Source: Deltaproteobacteria bacterium (lineage in GTDB: Bacteria; Myxococcota_A; UBA9160; SMWR01). From it: a stretch of 62,691 nucleotides of DNA. The notes beneath the pieces were generated by a model, which saw only the letters and a program-made list of their open reading frames with translations, had not been told where the DNA came from and did no database searches. The stretch covers positions 1 through 62,691 of the forward strand of contig JAQBGU010000241.1 in the NCBI GenBank assembly GCA_032128375.1. The letters are read 5' to 3'. Position numbers and translations under genes: made by a program. Of this stretch, positions 38,851-50,045 are shown in pieces. Position 1 is the first letter of the stretch; every line of letters begins with the position of its first letter.

Positions 38851-39196
38851 TCGGTCTTTCCGTGTTCGAATCTAGATCCACCCGGTGGACAGCCGCGCGG
38901 ATTGTAACGTGCTCACGTGAAGATCACTTGCATGCCCCGAGAGACTGCGCGGAGCGTTGGCCTCGGCGCCGGCTGGGCAGCGTTCTGCTTGGCGCTGGCT
39001 GATATACACGTCGGCATGTACAAGTACCGCGAGCACCTGTCGCCCGACGGCTTGCGGGCCGCGCCTTCAGACTCGCCTAGCGGGGCGATTGTGGCGGTCT
39101 TGCCGCGGGTCTTGACGCGCCACCTACCCTTTGTCTATTTCCAGTTCTAGCGATCTGGCAGCAGAATTGGCTGACTCTGGCGGGTAAGATCCCCGC

Positions 39197-41173
39197 GTGG
39201 GCTCTACCGACTTGGTGCTCGAAATTCTTGTGGTCTTGTGCGCGGCCGTCATTGGCGCCTGGACGTTCGAGAAACTGCGACTCCCGGCGGTCGCCGGCCT
39301 GCTTCTTTCGGGAGCGGCAGTCGGCCCCGGCGGATTCGGACTCGTAGAGGACGCCGACCGGGTTCGTGTGTTCGCCGAGTTCGGCGTGGCCCTGTTGCTG
39401 TTCGAGATCGGACTCGAAATGCCGATCGACGCTCTGGCCCGCGGCTGGCGCAGGGCGGTCGTATCCGGTGCGCTTCAGGTCTCGTTGACGATTGCCGCCG
39501 TTGCCGGGTTGGCGACTTTGTTTGGGCTCCCCGTTGAGACAGCGATCGTAATCGGAATGCTGGTGTCGTTGTCGAGCACCGCGGTGGCGATGCGTGTACT
39601 CGCGCAGCGCGGCGAGGTCGACACCCCTCACGGCCAACTTTCGGTCGGGGTCCTGTTGTTTCAGGACCTGTGTCTCGTACCCTTCCTGCTGGCGATTCCC
39701 ATTCTGTCGGGTGAAGTGCCCCGCGACCCGACGTCGCTGGTCTTGACGATCGGGCGAGACCTGCTTGCAGTGGGCGCGCTGCTGGCCGTCGCGCGGCTCG
39801 TGTTGCCGTGGGGCCTCGAACACGTGGCGAAGCTGCGATCGCCAGATCTGTTCAGCATGTTTGCGTTCGTGCTGGCCGTGGGTTCAGCGGTGGCGGCCGA
39901 GGCCATGGGTCTGACGCTCGCGGTGGGTGCGTTCATCGCCGGCCTGGTCGTGAATGCATCGCCCTATTCGCACCAGATTTTTGCCGAGATGGTGCCACTG
40001 CGCGGCGTGCTGCTCGGCATCTTCTTTACGTCAGTCGGAATGCTGCTCGACCCACGAGCTGCGCTCGGGGTCTGGGATGGCGTGCTGTTGTTCGTCGGAA
40101 GCGTGGTGATGATCAAAACTGCGATCATCGTCGTCGTGGTCGCCGGGGTCGTTCGCCAGGGACTTCGGATCGGTTTGTTGACCGGAATCGCACTGGCGCA
40201 AACAGGCGAGTTTTCGTTTGTCCTCGCGGAAGCTGCGGCCCCCTCCGGGTTGCTGGACCACTCACTGAGTCAGATCTTTATCGCCGGTTCCATCTGTACG
40301 CTGATGGCTACGCCGTTTCTCATTCAATCGGCTCCCTGTCTCGCCTGGAAAATCGCCGGGTTGCTGGACCGGGGGCCACGCGATTCCGAAGCTGCGGAGC
40401 CCGCCGCAGTGGAAATCAGCGAGCACGTGGTCATCGTCGGCTACGGTCTCGCGGGCAAGACGCTCGCTCGCATCCTGCAGGCCTCGAATATTGCGTATCG
40501 CATCGTAGAGCAGAACCCGCTGCTCTATCGCGAAGCCCAGACTCGAAAGGAACCGGTGCTGCTTGGCGACGCCACGCGCGGATCGATTCTCGAGCGGGTG
40601 GCCGTGAACCGGGCGAAGCTCGTCAGCATCGCGATCAACGATGCCGCAGCCACACGGCGCTGCGTCGCCGCAATTCGGGACGTCGCGCCGGATGTCCAGA
40701 TCATCGTGCGGGCGCGCTACGTCCGGGATCTCGATGTGCTGTTCGCAGACGGCGCCACTGAAGTGGTGGCGGAGGAATTCGAGTCGACCATCGACCTGTT
40801 CAACAAGGTCTTGCGCGCCTTTGAGATCCCGCCACAGACGATCGCCCAGTTTTCCGACGCGATGCGCATGGAGCGCTACGAATTCATGCGGGAATCGTCA
40901 GAAATTCCGCTCGACCCGTGGCTCGCCGAGGTCTTGCAGGAAATTTCCTCCGAGTGGATCGAGGTTCCGTGGCACTCCTCGCAACAGAGATCACTGGCCG
41001 ATCTCGAGATTCGCAAGCAAACAGGTGCGAGCGTTCTGGCCGTGCGCCGCGGGGACGACACCACGCCGAATCCGCCCGCAGACTTCGCGATTCACGCAGG
41101 CGATTCACTATTGGTGCTGGCATCACCGCCCGAACTGCGGCAATTGCGGGAATTTCTGGCGGGAATCGAATAG
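39197..41173 (+). CDS. CPA2/Kef-type K+/H+ antiporter with TrkA-N and TrkA-C domains
   Basis: AEFGVALLLFEIGLE, SLSSTA, LFQDL, QTGEFSF, GYGLAG and GDAT motifs. Confidence 0.93.
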   Translation: MGSTDLVLEILVVLCAAVIGAWTFEKLRLPAVAGLLLSGAAVGPGGFGLVEDADRVRVFAEFGVALLLFEIGLEMPIDALARGWRRAVVSGALQVSLTIAAVAGLATLFGLPVETAIVIGMLVSLSSTAVAMRVLAQRGEVDTPHGQLSVGVLLFQDLCLVPFLLAIPILSGEVPRDPTSLVLTIGRDLLAVGALLAVARLVLPWGLEHVAKLRSPDLFSMFAFVLAVGSAVAAEAMGLTLAVGAFIAGLVVNASPYSHQIFAEMVPLRGVLLGIFFTSVGMLLDPRAALGVWDGVLLFVGSVVMIKTAIIVVVVAGVVRQGLRIGLLTGIALAQTGEFSFVLAEAAAPSGLLDHSLSQIFIAGSICTLMATPFLIQSAPCLAWKIAGLLDRGPRDSEAAEPAAVEISEHVVIVGYGLAGKTLARILQASNIAYRIVEQNPLLYREAQTRKEPVLLGDATRGSILERVAVNRAKLVSIAINDAAATRRCVAAIRDVAPDVQIIVRARYVRDLDVLFADGATEVVAEEFESTIDLFNKVLRAFEIPPQTIAQFSDAMRMERYEFMRESSEIPLDPWLAEVLQEISSEWIEVPWHSSQQRSLADLEIRKQTGASVLAVRRGDDTTPNPPADFAIHAGDSLLVLASPPELRQLREFLAGIE

Positions 41174-41231
41174 TCTCTGCCGACGCAACCCCGTTCTGCG
41201 CTTTCCGGGCGGTGAGAAACCGAGGGCAGTC

Positions 41232-42185
41232 TTGGATTTTCTTCTATTCGCAATCGGCTGCACGGCCCTGCTGGCCGGGGGCGAGACGCTGCTGCGCGGC
41301 GCGATATCCATTGCACGACGCACGGGCGCATCCGAGATTGCGATCGGCCTCACGCTGGTCTCGATCGGCACCTCATTGCCGGAGATGCTGGTCAACGTGG
41401 TCGCCAGTATCGGCGGACACTCGCAGCTGGCGATCGGCAACGTCCTCGGCAGCAACGTCGCCAATATCCTGCTGATCCTGGGCCTCTCGGCGATCGTTCG
41501 CGGTCTGCCGATTCGCGACAACACGCTCTTTTCCGAAATTCCGTTTTCGCTGACGGCCACCGTGCTGGTGGGGTTCGTCGCCAATGCCCATCTGTTCGAT
41601 GACGGCGGCTCAATGTCAGTCAGTCGGGGCGATGGCGCCATCCTGCTCGGATTCTTTGTGCTGTTCCTGGTCTACATCGCTCGGATCTGGGGAGCCCAGC
41701 ACATTTTGGAAGTGAATGAGCCAACCGTAGGTGGCTGGACCAAGCCAGTCTTGTTGATTGTTGCAGGCAGTCTCGGGCTGGGAATCGGCGCAAACTGGGT
41801 CGTCGAAGGGGCGCTGGGGCTGAGTCGAATGTTGGACATGAGCGAATCTTTTGTCGGGCTCACGATCGTCGCGGTCGGCACATCGCTGCCCGAACTCGTC
41901 ACCTGCGTACTAGCCGCATTTCGGGGCAATACCGATCTCGCGGTCGGAACCGTGATCGGCTCGAACATTTTCAACCTGTTGTGGGTCCTAGGGGTCAGCG
42001 CGTTGATCCAGCCACTACCGTTCGAGTTGGTCAGCAACACCGACATATTGACGGTCATCGCCGCGAGCGCTCTGCTGCTGTTGGCCACCGCCGCTGGCAA
42101 ACGGTACTGGATCGATCGCGTCGAGGGAGGAGTGTTCGTTGTGGCCTACGTGCTTTACATCCTGTTCCTCGTGCAGCGGGGATAG
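41232..42185 (+). CDS. Calcium/sodium antiporter (CaCA, YrbG-like)
   Basis: Two GTSLPE alpha-repeats with GSN. Confidence 0.93.
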   Translation: MDFLLFAIGCTALLAGGETLLRGAISIARRTGASEIAIGLTLVSIGTSLPEMLVNVVASIGGHSQLAIGNVLGSNVANILLILGLSAIVRGLPIRDNTLFSEIPFSLTATVLVGFVANAHLFDDGGSMSVSRGDGAILLGFFVLFLVYIARIWGAQHILEVNEPTVGGWTKPVLLIVAGSLGLGIGANWVVEGALGLSRMLDMSESFVGLTIVAVGTSLPELVTCVLAAFRGNTDLAVGTVIGSNIFNLLWVLGVSALIQPLPFELVSNTDILTVIAASALLLLATAAGKRYWIDRVEGGVFVVAYVLYILFLVQRG

Positions 42186-42204
42186 CAACCCCATCAAGAC
42201 GCCG

Positions 42205-43056
42205 TCAGGAGTTCGGGTTTTCCAACCCAGCCCCGCAATCGCGGCAATAACGCGCGGACGCGCCGTGCCCCTCGGACATGCACTCCATGCACACGCGGGT
42301 CGTATTCGGTCTTGCGCGTGCCGACTCGATAATCTCGGCCGTCACGATTCCCGTCGGCACGGCGATGATCGCATATCCGATGATCATCACGATGGCCGCA
42401 AGCATTTGGCCGGAGATCGTCTGTGGTGTGATGTCGCCGTAACCCACCGTGGTCATCGTTACAATCGCCCAGTAGATGCTGCGAGGAATGCTCGAGAATC
42501 CCGCCTCCTCACCCTCGAGCAGGTACATCGTGGAGCCCAGGATCGTCACCAGGATGATGATGCTACTGACAAACACGATCAGCTTGGCTCTGCTGGCACG
42601 CAGCGCGTGCGACAAGATTTCGATCTCGCCCAGAAAATGCGCGAGCTTGAACACCCGGAAGATCCGAATCAAACGAAGCGTGCGTATCACCAGGAGTGAC
42701 TGTGAACCCGGTACCAATAGGCTCAGGTACGTGGGGATCACCGCCATCAGGTCGACGAGACCGAATAGGCTTCGCGCGTATCGCGTCGGGTGCGGGGCGC
42801 AAACCAGGCGCGCCACGTACTCGAGTGAAAACAGCCCTGTGAATATCCACTCTGCAGCGCGCAGCTCGCTGCCATAGTCGAGCTCGATCGAGCTGACGCT
42901 CTCGAGCATGACCGCCGCGACGCTCAAAGCGATCGCCCACAGCAGCGCGACGTCGAATGCCTTGCCGGCCGGTGTATCGGCCTCGAAGATCACCACTCGG
43001 AGCTTGTCGCGCCACGGGGCGCGCGGTGTCGAAATCATCCGCGCTGAGGCTATCAC
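42205..43056 (-). CDS. Voltage-gated-type K+ channel (ion transporter) with C-terminal zinc ribbon
   Basis: S4-like RTLRLIRIFRVFK, TTVGYGD filter, CMEC...CRDCG. Confidence 0.93.
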   Translation of the reverse strand: MIASARMISTPRAPWRDKLRVVIFEADTPAGKAFDVALLWAIALSVAAVMLESVSSIELDYGSELRAAEWIFTGLFSLEYVARLVCAPHPTRYARSLFGLVDLMAVIPTYLSLLVPGSQSLLVIRTLRLIRIFRVFKLAHFLGEIEILSHALRASRAKLIVFVSSIIILVTILGSTMYLLEGEEAGFSSIPRSIYWAIVTMTTVGYGDITPQTISGQMLAAIVMIIGYAIIAVPTGIVTAEIIESARARPNTTRVCMECMSEGHGASARYCRDCGAGLENPNS

Positions 43057-43112
43057 ACTGCGCCTCAGTGCTGGGGGCTCGATGAGTCGCCGTTACACAC
43101 CCTGAGCTCCGA

Positions 43113-44168
43113 ATGGAGCATTGGACGTTTCGAACAGCGCTACGCTGCCGCGCAATGGGACGACTCCGGCGTGCTGCAACAGCGTCGTTGGTGCTGTGCG
43201 CAGCCGGGACACTGCTGGCACGCCGCTATTCTGATGTTTCTTGGCCGATTGACTTGCTGGCGACATTTGCACTGCAGTGGGCTTATCTCTTCGTTGGACT
43301 CGGGCTGGTCGCTCTGTGGATGCAGCTGCGCAGCGCAGCCTGGGCGTTGTTGGCCGCGGCCGCGGCGCATTTCGTCTGGAGTGCCGCAGATGGGCCGCCG
43401 CGAGCTGCTGATGGCGCGGAGACCGTTCGCGTGATGAGCTTCAACGTCGGGTTCGGTACAGGGTCCGGCCAACAGACACTCGACCTGATCGCCAGCGGCC
43501 CGGCTGACATCGTCGTCTTGAGCGAGAGCAAAGAAAGCTTCAACGACAAGCTGCGCGGATCCAAAGAGATCGCCGCAGTGTATCCCCACCAGCTGCTGTT
43601 CCATAATTTCGCGAAGCTGAGCCGCTGGCCCCTCGACCTGGTGCCGAGCGACAGGAGCCTCTCGAAGGAGCTGGAACACAGCTACAACTACCGGCTCACA
43701 GCGGTTGTTCGGCACCCGAGCACGCCGTTCCTGTTACTGGTGCTGGCTCCAGAGTCGCCGCGGACAGCAGAAACCTGGGAACAGGGCAGCCGCTATCTGA
43801 AGCGCGAAATTGCCCTCTTCGAGCGTTTCTTCGTCCCGTTGGGCCTGCCGTTGGTCGTGTTAGGTGACCTGAATGGGAGTCCAACTGGCTGGCGTTCGAA
43901 ACTGGTTCGCGAGCAGCTGGGCCTGGTTCGCGCGAAGCCGCCACTTCTGCTCAGCGGGTCCTGGCCGGCGAACTTTCCGTCACCGCTTCGCGTTGCGATC
44001 GATGCCGTGCTCGTAGGGCCGGGCGTTTCAGTGGCGTCGTGGCGTCCGCTCGAGGTGTTGACTGGATCTGATCACGTCCCGGTTGTCGCCGAAATTTCCA
44101 TTCCGGCGGCCGGCGCTCTGGACGCGGTCGCTACTCCTCGATTTCTACCGGCGGAGGAAGCGGACTGA
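43113..44168 (+). CDS. Endonuclease/exonuclease/phosphatase family membrane protein
   Basis: SFNV, DIVVLSE, GDLN, IDAV and SDHVPV motifs; N-terminal TMs. Confidence 0.85.
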   Translation: MEHWTFRTALRCRAMGRLRRAATASLVLCAAGTLLARRYSDVSWPIDLLATFALQWAYLFVGLGLVALWMQLRSAAWALLAAAAAHFVWSAADGPPRAADGAETVRVMSFNVGFGTGSGQQTLDLIASGPADIVVLSESKESFNDKLRGSKEIAAVYPHQLLFHNFAKLSRWPLDLVPSDRSLSKELEHSYNYRLTAVVRHPSTPFLLLVLAPESPRTAETWEQGSRYLKREIALFERFFVPLGLPLVVLGDLNGSPTGWRSKLVREQLGLVRAKPPLLLSGSWPANFPSPLRVAIDAVLVGPGVSVASWRPLEVLTGSDHVPVVAEISIPAAGALDAVATPRFLPAEEAD

Positions 44169-44916
44169 ACTCGCGACTGATCATGGCGGCCTTGAAGAAG
44201 TCTCGGTTGAGCTCGGCAATGAACTGGATCGGGATTTCCTTCGGGCACACCGCTTCACACTCATAGTGGTTGCTGCAGTTGCCAAAACCTTCGCGATCCA
44301 TGGCTTCCACCATGTGGATCGATCGCTTCAGGCGCTCCGGTTGGCCTTGTGGAAGTCGCGCTAGCTGCGCGGCCTTGGCGGCTACGAACAACATCGCGGA
44401 CGCGTTGGGGCAGGCGGCGACACACGCACCGCATCCGATGCACTGCGCGGCATCGAACGCGGCCTCTGATACCTCTTTCGAAATCGGGATCGCGTTGGCG
44501 TCGGGCGCGGAGCCTGTATTGACCGAAATGTATCCGCCCGCCTGGATGATCCGGTCGAACGAGCGGCGATCCACGACCAGGTCTCGAATCACAGGGAACG
44601 CATTGGCTCGCCAGGGCTCGATCGTGATCGTGTCGCCATCATTGAAGTGACGCATGTGTAGTTGGCAAGCGGTTGTGGCGCGTTGTGGGCCATGGGGAAT
44701 GCCATTGATCACCAACGAACACATTCCGCAGATTCCCTCACGGCAGTCGTGGTCGAACGCGATCGGATGCTCGCCCTTCGCGATCAGGCCCTCGTTGACC
44801 TGATCGAGCATCTCGAGAAACGAGCTGTCTTCGCTGACGTCGGGCGCAGCGTAATTCACCATTTCGCCGGAGCTCTGCGTGTTCTTCTGACGCCACACCT
44901 GAAGAGTCAGGTTCAC
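44131..44916 (-). CDS. sdhB: Succinate dehydrogenase/fumarate reductase Fe-S subunit
   Basis: [20 protein letters not shown] and [11 protein letters not shown] motifs. Confidence 0.95.
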   Translation of the reverse strand: MNLTLQVWRQKNTQSSGEMVNYAAPDVSEDSSFLEMLDQVNEGLIAKGEHPIAFDHDCREGICGMCSLVINGIPHGPQRATTACQLHMRHFNDGDTITIEPWRANAFPVIRDLVVDRRSFDRIIQAGGYISVNTGSAPDANAIPISKEVSEAAFDAAQCIGCGACVAACPNASAMLFVAAKAAQLARLPQGQPERLKRSIHMVEAMDREGFGNCSNHYECEAVCPKEIPIQFIAELNRDFFKAAMISREFSPLPPPVEIEE

Positions 44917-46826
44917 TTGTAGCTCCTGGTAGCGAGTTCGACGTTCTCGAACTCGAGGATTTCCTTGGTCAACGCGGGCTTGGAACCGACCCCCGTGAAT
45001 TCCCAAGCCGCCACGTAGGTATAGTCGGCATCATTTCGCTTGGCTTCTCCGTCCGGTGTCTGGTGTTCTTCGCGGAAATGCGCGCCGCACGACTCGTCTC
45101 GATCCAGTGCGTCGTAGCAGAGGACCTCGGCAAACTCGAGGAAGTCGGCGACGCGCCCGGCCCGCTCCAGCGCAACATTGAACTCTTCGTTCGTACCGGT
45201 GACCCGAACATCGCGCCAGAAGCGTTCACGGACATCGGCGATCAACCCAAGGGCCTTCGTGAGGCCTTCCTGGTTGCGCGCCATGCCGCAGCCCTCCCAC
45301 ATGATGTGGCCCAGTTCCTTGTGGAACGAATCGACAGAGCGCGTACCGTTGACATCGAGGAGCTTCTGGACGCCTTCGCGAATCTTCGTTTCGGCAGCGA
45401 CGAACTCGGGCAGATCGGGCGAGACCTTGTCGAGTCGCGTCGACCCCAGGTAGTCACCAATCGAGTCGGAGATGACGAAATAGCCATCGGCCAGACCTTG
45501 CATCAGCGCGCTGGCCCCGAGTCGATTCGCACCGTGATCGGAAAAGTTCGCCTCGCCGATCACGAACAGCCCCTCGATCGTGCTCATCAGCCGATAATCG
45601 ACCCACAAGCCACCCATCGTGTAGTGGGAGGCGGGATAGATCCGCATCGGTGTTTCGTACGGATTCTCGCCGGTGATCTTCTCGTACATGTCGAACAGGT
45701 TGCCGTAGCGGTCCGAGATCGTGTGCTTTCCGAGCCGCTCGATTGCGTCCTTGAAATCGAGGTAGACGCCACGACCGAGTGAACCGACGCCTCTGCCTTC
45801 ATCGCAGACTTCCTTCGCAGCGCGCGAGGAGATATCTCTGGGGCTCAGGTTTCCAAAGGCGGGATACTTGCGTTCGAGGTAGTAGTCGCGCTCCTGTTCG
45901 GGTACGTCTTTGGGCGTGCGCGTGTCGCCGCCCAGCTTCGGCACCCAGATGCGCCCATCGTTGCGCAGAGATTCGGACATCAGGGTCAGCTTCGACTGGT
46001 GCTCACCGGCGACGGGTATGCAGGTCGGGTGGATCTGCGTGAAACAGGGGTTCGCGAACAGCGCACCCTTCTTGTAGGCCCGATAGGTCGCCGTCACGTT
46101 GCAACCCACCGCGTTGGTCGACAGATAGAAAATGTTGCCGTAGCCACCCGTCGCGAGAACTACCGCCTCTGCTGACCAGCGTGCGATCCGACCCGATACC
46201 AGGTGCCGCGTGATGATCCCGCGTGCTTTGCCGTCGACGAGAACGATGTCGAGCATCTCGATGCGGGTATGCATCTTGACGTTGCCCTCGGCGATCTGGC
46301 GAGAAAGCGCCCCGTAGGCGCCGAGCAGCAGTTGTTGTCCCGTCTGCCCCCGTGCATAGAACGTCCGCGATACCTGCGCTCCACCGAACGAGCGATTATC
46401 GAGAAGGCCGCCATACTCTCGAGCGAACGGTACACCCTGCGCGACACATTGATCGATGATCGCCGAACTGATCTGCGCGAGTCGATACACATTCGCTTCA
46501 CGGGAACGGAAGTCGCCTCCCTTGATGGTGTCGTAGAACAACCGGCGAACACTGTCGCCATCGTTCTGGTAGTTCTTGGCGGCGTTGATGCCACCCTGGG
46601 CGGCAACGCTGTGCGCGCGACGCGGACTGTCCTGGAAACAGAAGCAGTGGACGTCGTAGCCCAGCTCTCCGAGCGTTGCTGCAGCCGAGGCGCCAGCCAA
46701 TCCCGAGCCCACGACGATGACCGAATATTTTCGCCGGTTGGCCGGGTTGACCAGCTTCATGTCGAAGCGGCTCTTTTCCCACTTCTGCTCGAGGGGCCCG
46801 TCGGGGGTGCGGCTATCGAGTTCCAA
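44913..46826 (-). CDS. sdhA: Succinate dehydrogenase/fumarate reductase flavoprotein
   Basis: [27 protein letters not shown] and HGANRLG motifs. Confidence 0.96.
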   Translation of the reverse strand: MELDSRTPDGPLEQKWEKSRFDMKLVNPANRRKYSVIVVGSGLAGASAAATLGELGYDVHCFCFQDSPRRAHSVAAQGGINAAKNYQNDGDSVRRLFYDTIKGGDFRSREANVYRLAQISSAIIDQCVAQGVPFAREYGGLLDNRSFGGAQVSRTFYARGQTGQQLLLGAYGALSRQIAEGNVKMHTRIEMLDIVLVDGKARGIITRHLVSGRIARWSAEAVVLATGGYGNIFYLSTNAVGCNVTATYRAYKKGALFANPCFTQIHPTCIPVAGEHQSKLTLMSESLRNDGRIWVPKLGGDTRTPKDVPEQERDYYLERKYPAFGNLSPRDISSRAAKEVCDEGRGVGSLGRGVYLDFKDAIERLGKHTISDRYGNLFDMYEKITGENPYETPMRIYPASHYTMGGLWVDYRLMSTIEGLFVIGEANFSDHGANRLGASALMQGLADGYFVISDSIGDYLGSTRLDKVSPDLPEFVAAETKIREGVQKLLDVNGTRSVDSFHKELGHIMWEGCGMARNQEGLTKALGLIADVRERFWRDVRVTGTNEEFNVALERAGRVADFLEFAEVLCYDALDRDESCGAHFREEHQTPDGEAKRNDADYTYVAAWEFTGVGSKPALTKEILEFENVELATRSYK

Positions 46827-46837
46827 CGCAATCTCCC

Positions 46838-47521
46838 TTATCTGGCTTCCAGTCCGATCACGCCAGCCAGCACCAGAATCGGCATCGAGCAGTTTCCGAG
46901 CACGAACAGCGCCACCATGATCTGGCTGAACAGCCGGATGGAGCCGTTGTAGCTCTCGTGGTTGACTCCGACCGTCTGGAACATGCTGTGCGAGGCGTGC
47001 ATCAGATGGGTTCCGATCAGCAACATGGCGACGATGTAGCTAGCGGCCAGCAGCGGATTTTGAAAGCTCTGCACGACCATGGCATACACATCGTGATGTC
47101 CCTCCGGATCGACGCCGCCGTACGATTCCGGCGCGATCACACCGAGTGTGAAATGCAGGATGTGATAGACGAGGAAGATCACGACCAGCGAACCGGTCAG
47201 CACCATGTAGCGCGATGCTCCGCTGGTCTGGAACCTGCGCACAGCATACGCGGTCGAACGCGCAGCGCGGTTCTCCAACGCCAACACGACCGCGACGTAG
47301 ATATGAATCGCAAGCACCATCAGCATCGACAAGCGCATGACCCACAGGCTGGGATGCCCTTGGAGCCACGCCGCATAGCTGTTGATGCCGTCTGCGCCCT
47401 GATACAGCGCCATGTTGCCGAGCATGTGGCCAAGCAACCAGACAAACAGGATCAACCCGGTGACGGCCATGACCAACTTCCGACCGATAGAAGTACTGAA
47501 CAGCCGGATCAGGCGATTCAT
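46838..47521 (-). CDS. sdhC: Succinate dehydrogenase cytochrome b subunit
   Basis: [12 protein letters not shown]; five TMs with conserved His residues. Confidence 0.92.
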   Translation of the reverse strand: MNRLIRLFSTSIGRKLVMAVTGLILFVWLLGHMLGNMALYQGADGINSYAAWLQGHPSLWVMRLSMLMVLAIHIYVAVVLALENRAARSTAYAVRRFQTSGASRYMVLTGSLVVIFLVYHILHFTLGVIAPESYGGVDPEGHHDVYAMVVQSFQNPLLAASYIVAMLLIGTHLMHASHSMFQTVGVNHESYNGSIRLFSQIMVALFVLGNCSMPILVLAGVIGLEAR

Positions 47522-47824
47522 CGGGCGCTCGACGCTCCTCGTCCTGAGTGGGAAACTGGATACAGAATGGATGGGGCGCTTGTCGCAGATCGTGATGAAG
47601 GTTTTCGTATGTCTTGATGCGAGAAATGCATGCTGCCAGAACCAGGCGCGAACAGGCAACAGGAATTCATGATTCGGCGAACAAGATGCTCTACGGCTCG
47701 GGGAATCTTCCTCTCTGAGGGAATAGTCACCCGGTTTCGAAAGCGCCGCGATTCTCCGTCGCTCGATCTCTTGCGGGGTCAGGTGATCGCTTCGGGTGGC
47801 ATTCCGTGTTGCCGTGCGCCGCTG

Positions 47825-49333
47825 CTACGGTTCGTTCACATCCTCCTCCTCGACCTCGAGCCGTAGCGACTTGCGTTGTTCGGCTGCGCGTTCTCTCGCA
47901 CGGGCTCGTTCGCGATCGATTTCCAGTTTCAACTGGGTCCGGACATGCTCTTTTTCCGCCTGCTCGGTCAGGATCCGCTGCGTTGTCACCTCGCGCTTGC
48001 AATCGCTCCGAAGACGCGAGTGCCGTTCGATCAACTGGTTCGGAACCGACTGCTTGTCCTCCGAGTGATTCGCTTCGACATCGACGAAACGGCTGGCGGT
48101 CGCAGCGCCGGTGCCCCGCACGGTCACTTCGATCCGGTTCGTGCCGGTATTCAGTTTGACAAAACCGCCCCAGCTCCCATCGGCGGCCAAGTGCACCCAA
48201 TTTGCCTCTGCGCCCAGCGGCCTGCTGTGGATGGCCACATCTTTCAGATCCGCGAAGTCGAGTGTCTGCAACACATTCGGTAGATCGCCAGCATCGACGA
48301 CCGGTGTAAATTCGCCGCCTGTCATATCGGCAAGCTGCACGGCTCCAAGCGGCCGGCCCACAGCCGAACCGCCGATCGCGAACGTATGCACGCGAACTCC
48401 GAGTTTGTGAGCCTGTCGGGCTGCCTCCAGCAGCGCCTTGTAGTCCTTTGGCTTCTCCAGGACTCCGTCCGTGAAGAAGAACATCAGCAGCTGGTTCCGG
48501 TAGTTTCGCTTGGAGCGCGCACCTGGAAGCCCACTGAGTTCGGTAAACCCACGCACGACGCCCGCGGCCATGTCCGTGCCCCCTTCGGACCCGGCGAGTC
48601 TGACCGCCTGAAATGCAGCGCGCACGCGACTGAAATCATGAGTCAGTGGAACGTGGGTGATATAGGTCGGGCGTTCTCGGCCATTGGGGAACGTGAATGC
48701 GCCACCGGGTTCGGAGCTGCCCGAAAAGCTGATGACTGAAACCCGGGTAACCCGCGGGTCCAGATCGCTGAGTAGCTGCTCTGCAGCCGACACTTCGGCT
48801 GCGAGCACCGAATCGCCAGTATCGCTGCTTCGGCTGCCGACAATCCAGTTCTGCCCGACGCCACGGCGCGCCCCGACTATGCCATTGTGGTTGATATCGG
48901 CCCCCGAAGGTTCCGCAGTCGACCCCGACGTATCCAGCACGATCGCGACGTCGAAACCACCCGTCGCCAGAAACGCACGTCCGGCGACAAAACAGCCGCA
49001 ACCGAAATCCGAGACGACGCTTCCGGTCGTGGGATACTCGATCTCCAAGGTGATTTCGCTGCTGTCATTCGCTTTCAGCACCAGTGGGTCTGCGAACACC
49101 GGGGAAGAAACACCACCGATCATGTACAAGACGCCAATTGCGACGAGCGCAAACCCAACCGCTTGAACCGCACGCATGCGCGCCACCACCACTCGAACCC
49201 TCTCGGTCGCTCGAAGCCGACGAACTGGATGCCTCGTTGCCCCGCCGAGTCTAGTCTGTTGTAACTGAACCGGATTCGCGAGCGCGCTGCGCCGACTTTC
49301 CGTCAGAAGACTTTCCATGAGAAGACTTTCCAT
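47825..49333 (-). CDS. Exported von Willebrand factor A domain protein; start uncertain
   Basis: MIDAS residues DTSGS...GGTD...FTDG and VHTFAIG; coiled-coil C-terminus. Confidence 0.82.
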   Translation of the reverse strand: MESLLMESLLTESRRSALANPVQLQQTRLGGATRHPVRRLRATERVRVVVARMRAVQAVGFALVAIGVLYMIGGVSSPVFADPLVLKANDSSEITLEIEYPTTGSVVSDFGCGCFVAGRAFLATGGFDVAIVLDTSGSTAEPSGADINHNGIVGARRGVGQNWIVGSRSSDTGDSVLAAEVSAAEQLLSDLDPRVTRVSVISFSGSSEPGGAFTFPNGRERPTYITHVPLTHDFSRVRAAFQAVRLAGSEGGTDMAAGVVRGFTELSGLPGARSKRNYRNQLLMFFFTDGVLEKPKDYKALLEAARQAHKLGVRVHTFAIGGSAVGRPLGAVQLADMTGGEFTPVVDAGDLPNVLQTLDFADLKDVAIHSRPLGAEANWVHLAADGSWGGFVKLNTGTNRIEVTVRGTGAATASRFVDVEANHSEDKQSVPNQLIERHSRLRSDCKREVTTQRILTEQAEKEHVRTQLKLEIDRERARARERAAEQRKSLRLEVEEEDVNEP

Positions 49334-49365
49334 GAGAGGACAGTCGAGTCGACAAGGAGTACGAC

Positions 49366-49890
49366 ATGAGCGAGCTGTCGGTCATCCGGTGGGAGAGGCG
49401 GGACGACTACGATCGCGTCAACGAAATCGAGCAGCGCGCGTTCGCTCGGCCCGACGAAGCGCTCCTGGTGGCAGCACTGCGTGGTCGGGTCGACCCGGAG
49501 ATTTCGCTGGTCGCGGCCATTCGGGCTGACCACGGCGCAGAACTGCTGGTCGGGCACATCTATTTTTCGCCGGTGAAGGTGGGACCCGAACTGCGCCCGG
49601 CGATCGCGCTGGGACCCGTCGCCGTCGACCCCGATTTCCAGGGTCGGGCAGTGGGGTCTTTGCTGTGCCGCCGCGGGCTCGAAGTATGCTCGGAAATTGG
49701 CGAAGCGCTGGTCTTCGTGCTCGGGCACCCAACCTATTATCCGAAATTCGGCTTTGTAGCGGCGCGGCCCATGGGCCTGTTCTACAAGAGCGAACACTTC
49801 GACGCGGCATTCTTCGTGGCCGAGCTGACTCCGGGTGCAGCGAATGGCTTTTCCGGCGAGGTCTTTTTTCAACCGGAATTCGACGCTTGA
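49366..49890 (+). CDS. GNAT N-acetyltransferase (YhbS-like)
   Basis: AGGAG RBS; LGPVAVDPDFQGRAVG and VLGHPTYYPKFGF motifs. Confidence 0.9.
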   Translation: MSELSVIRWERRDDYDRVNEIEQRAFARPDEALLVAALRGRVDPEISLVAAIRADHGAELLVGHIYFSPVKVGPELRPAIALGPVAVDPDFQGRAVGSLLCRRGLEVCSEIGEALVFVLGHPTYYPKFGFVAARPMGLFYKSEHFDAAFFVAELTPGAANGFSGEVFFQPEFDA

Positions 49891-49985
49891 GCCAGTCAGC
49901 GCCGGTTGTTGCTGTGCGCTGCCGGGGTGGACGTCGAACTTTTAGTGGCACACCATATGCCAATAGAATTGACTCGCCGCAACGA

Positions 49986-50026
49986 CAAGACGGAATCGCA
50001 AGGACGGATTCGCAAGGACGGATTCG
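49986..50026. repeat. 14-bp tandem repeat (CAAGGACGGATTCG) x2 plus one degenerate copy
   Basis: Read directly, just upstream of the acyl-CoA dehydrogenase RBS. Confidence 0.8.
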
Positions 50027-50045
50027 ACCCACGAGGAGAACGCCG

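Noticed and set aside
38860..39196. Riboswitch or small ORF upstream of the Kef antiporter
   Set aside because: No recognisable riboswitch consensus by eye; the 77-aa ORF has no motif.
40641..41231. Long N-terminal extensions of computed ORFs (CaCA, mutL, queA, slt, ACAD, Coq4)
   Set aside because: They overlap neighbouring genes; internal starts with RBS or translational coupling fit better.
44131..44168. Convergent 38-bp overlap of sdhB and the EEP gene
   Set aside because: Short tail-to-tail overlaps are common in GC-rich genomes; no special signal.
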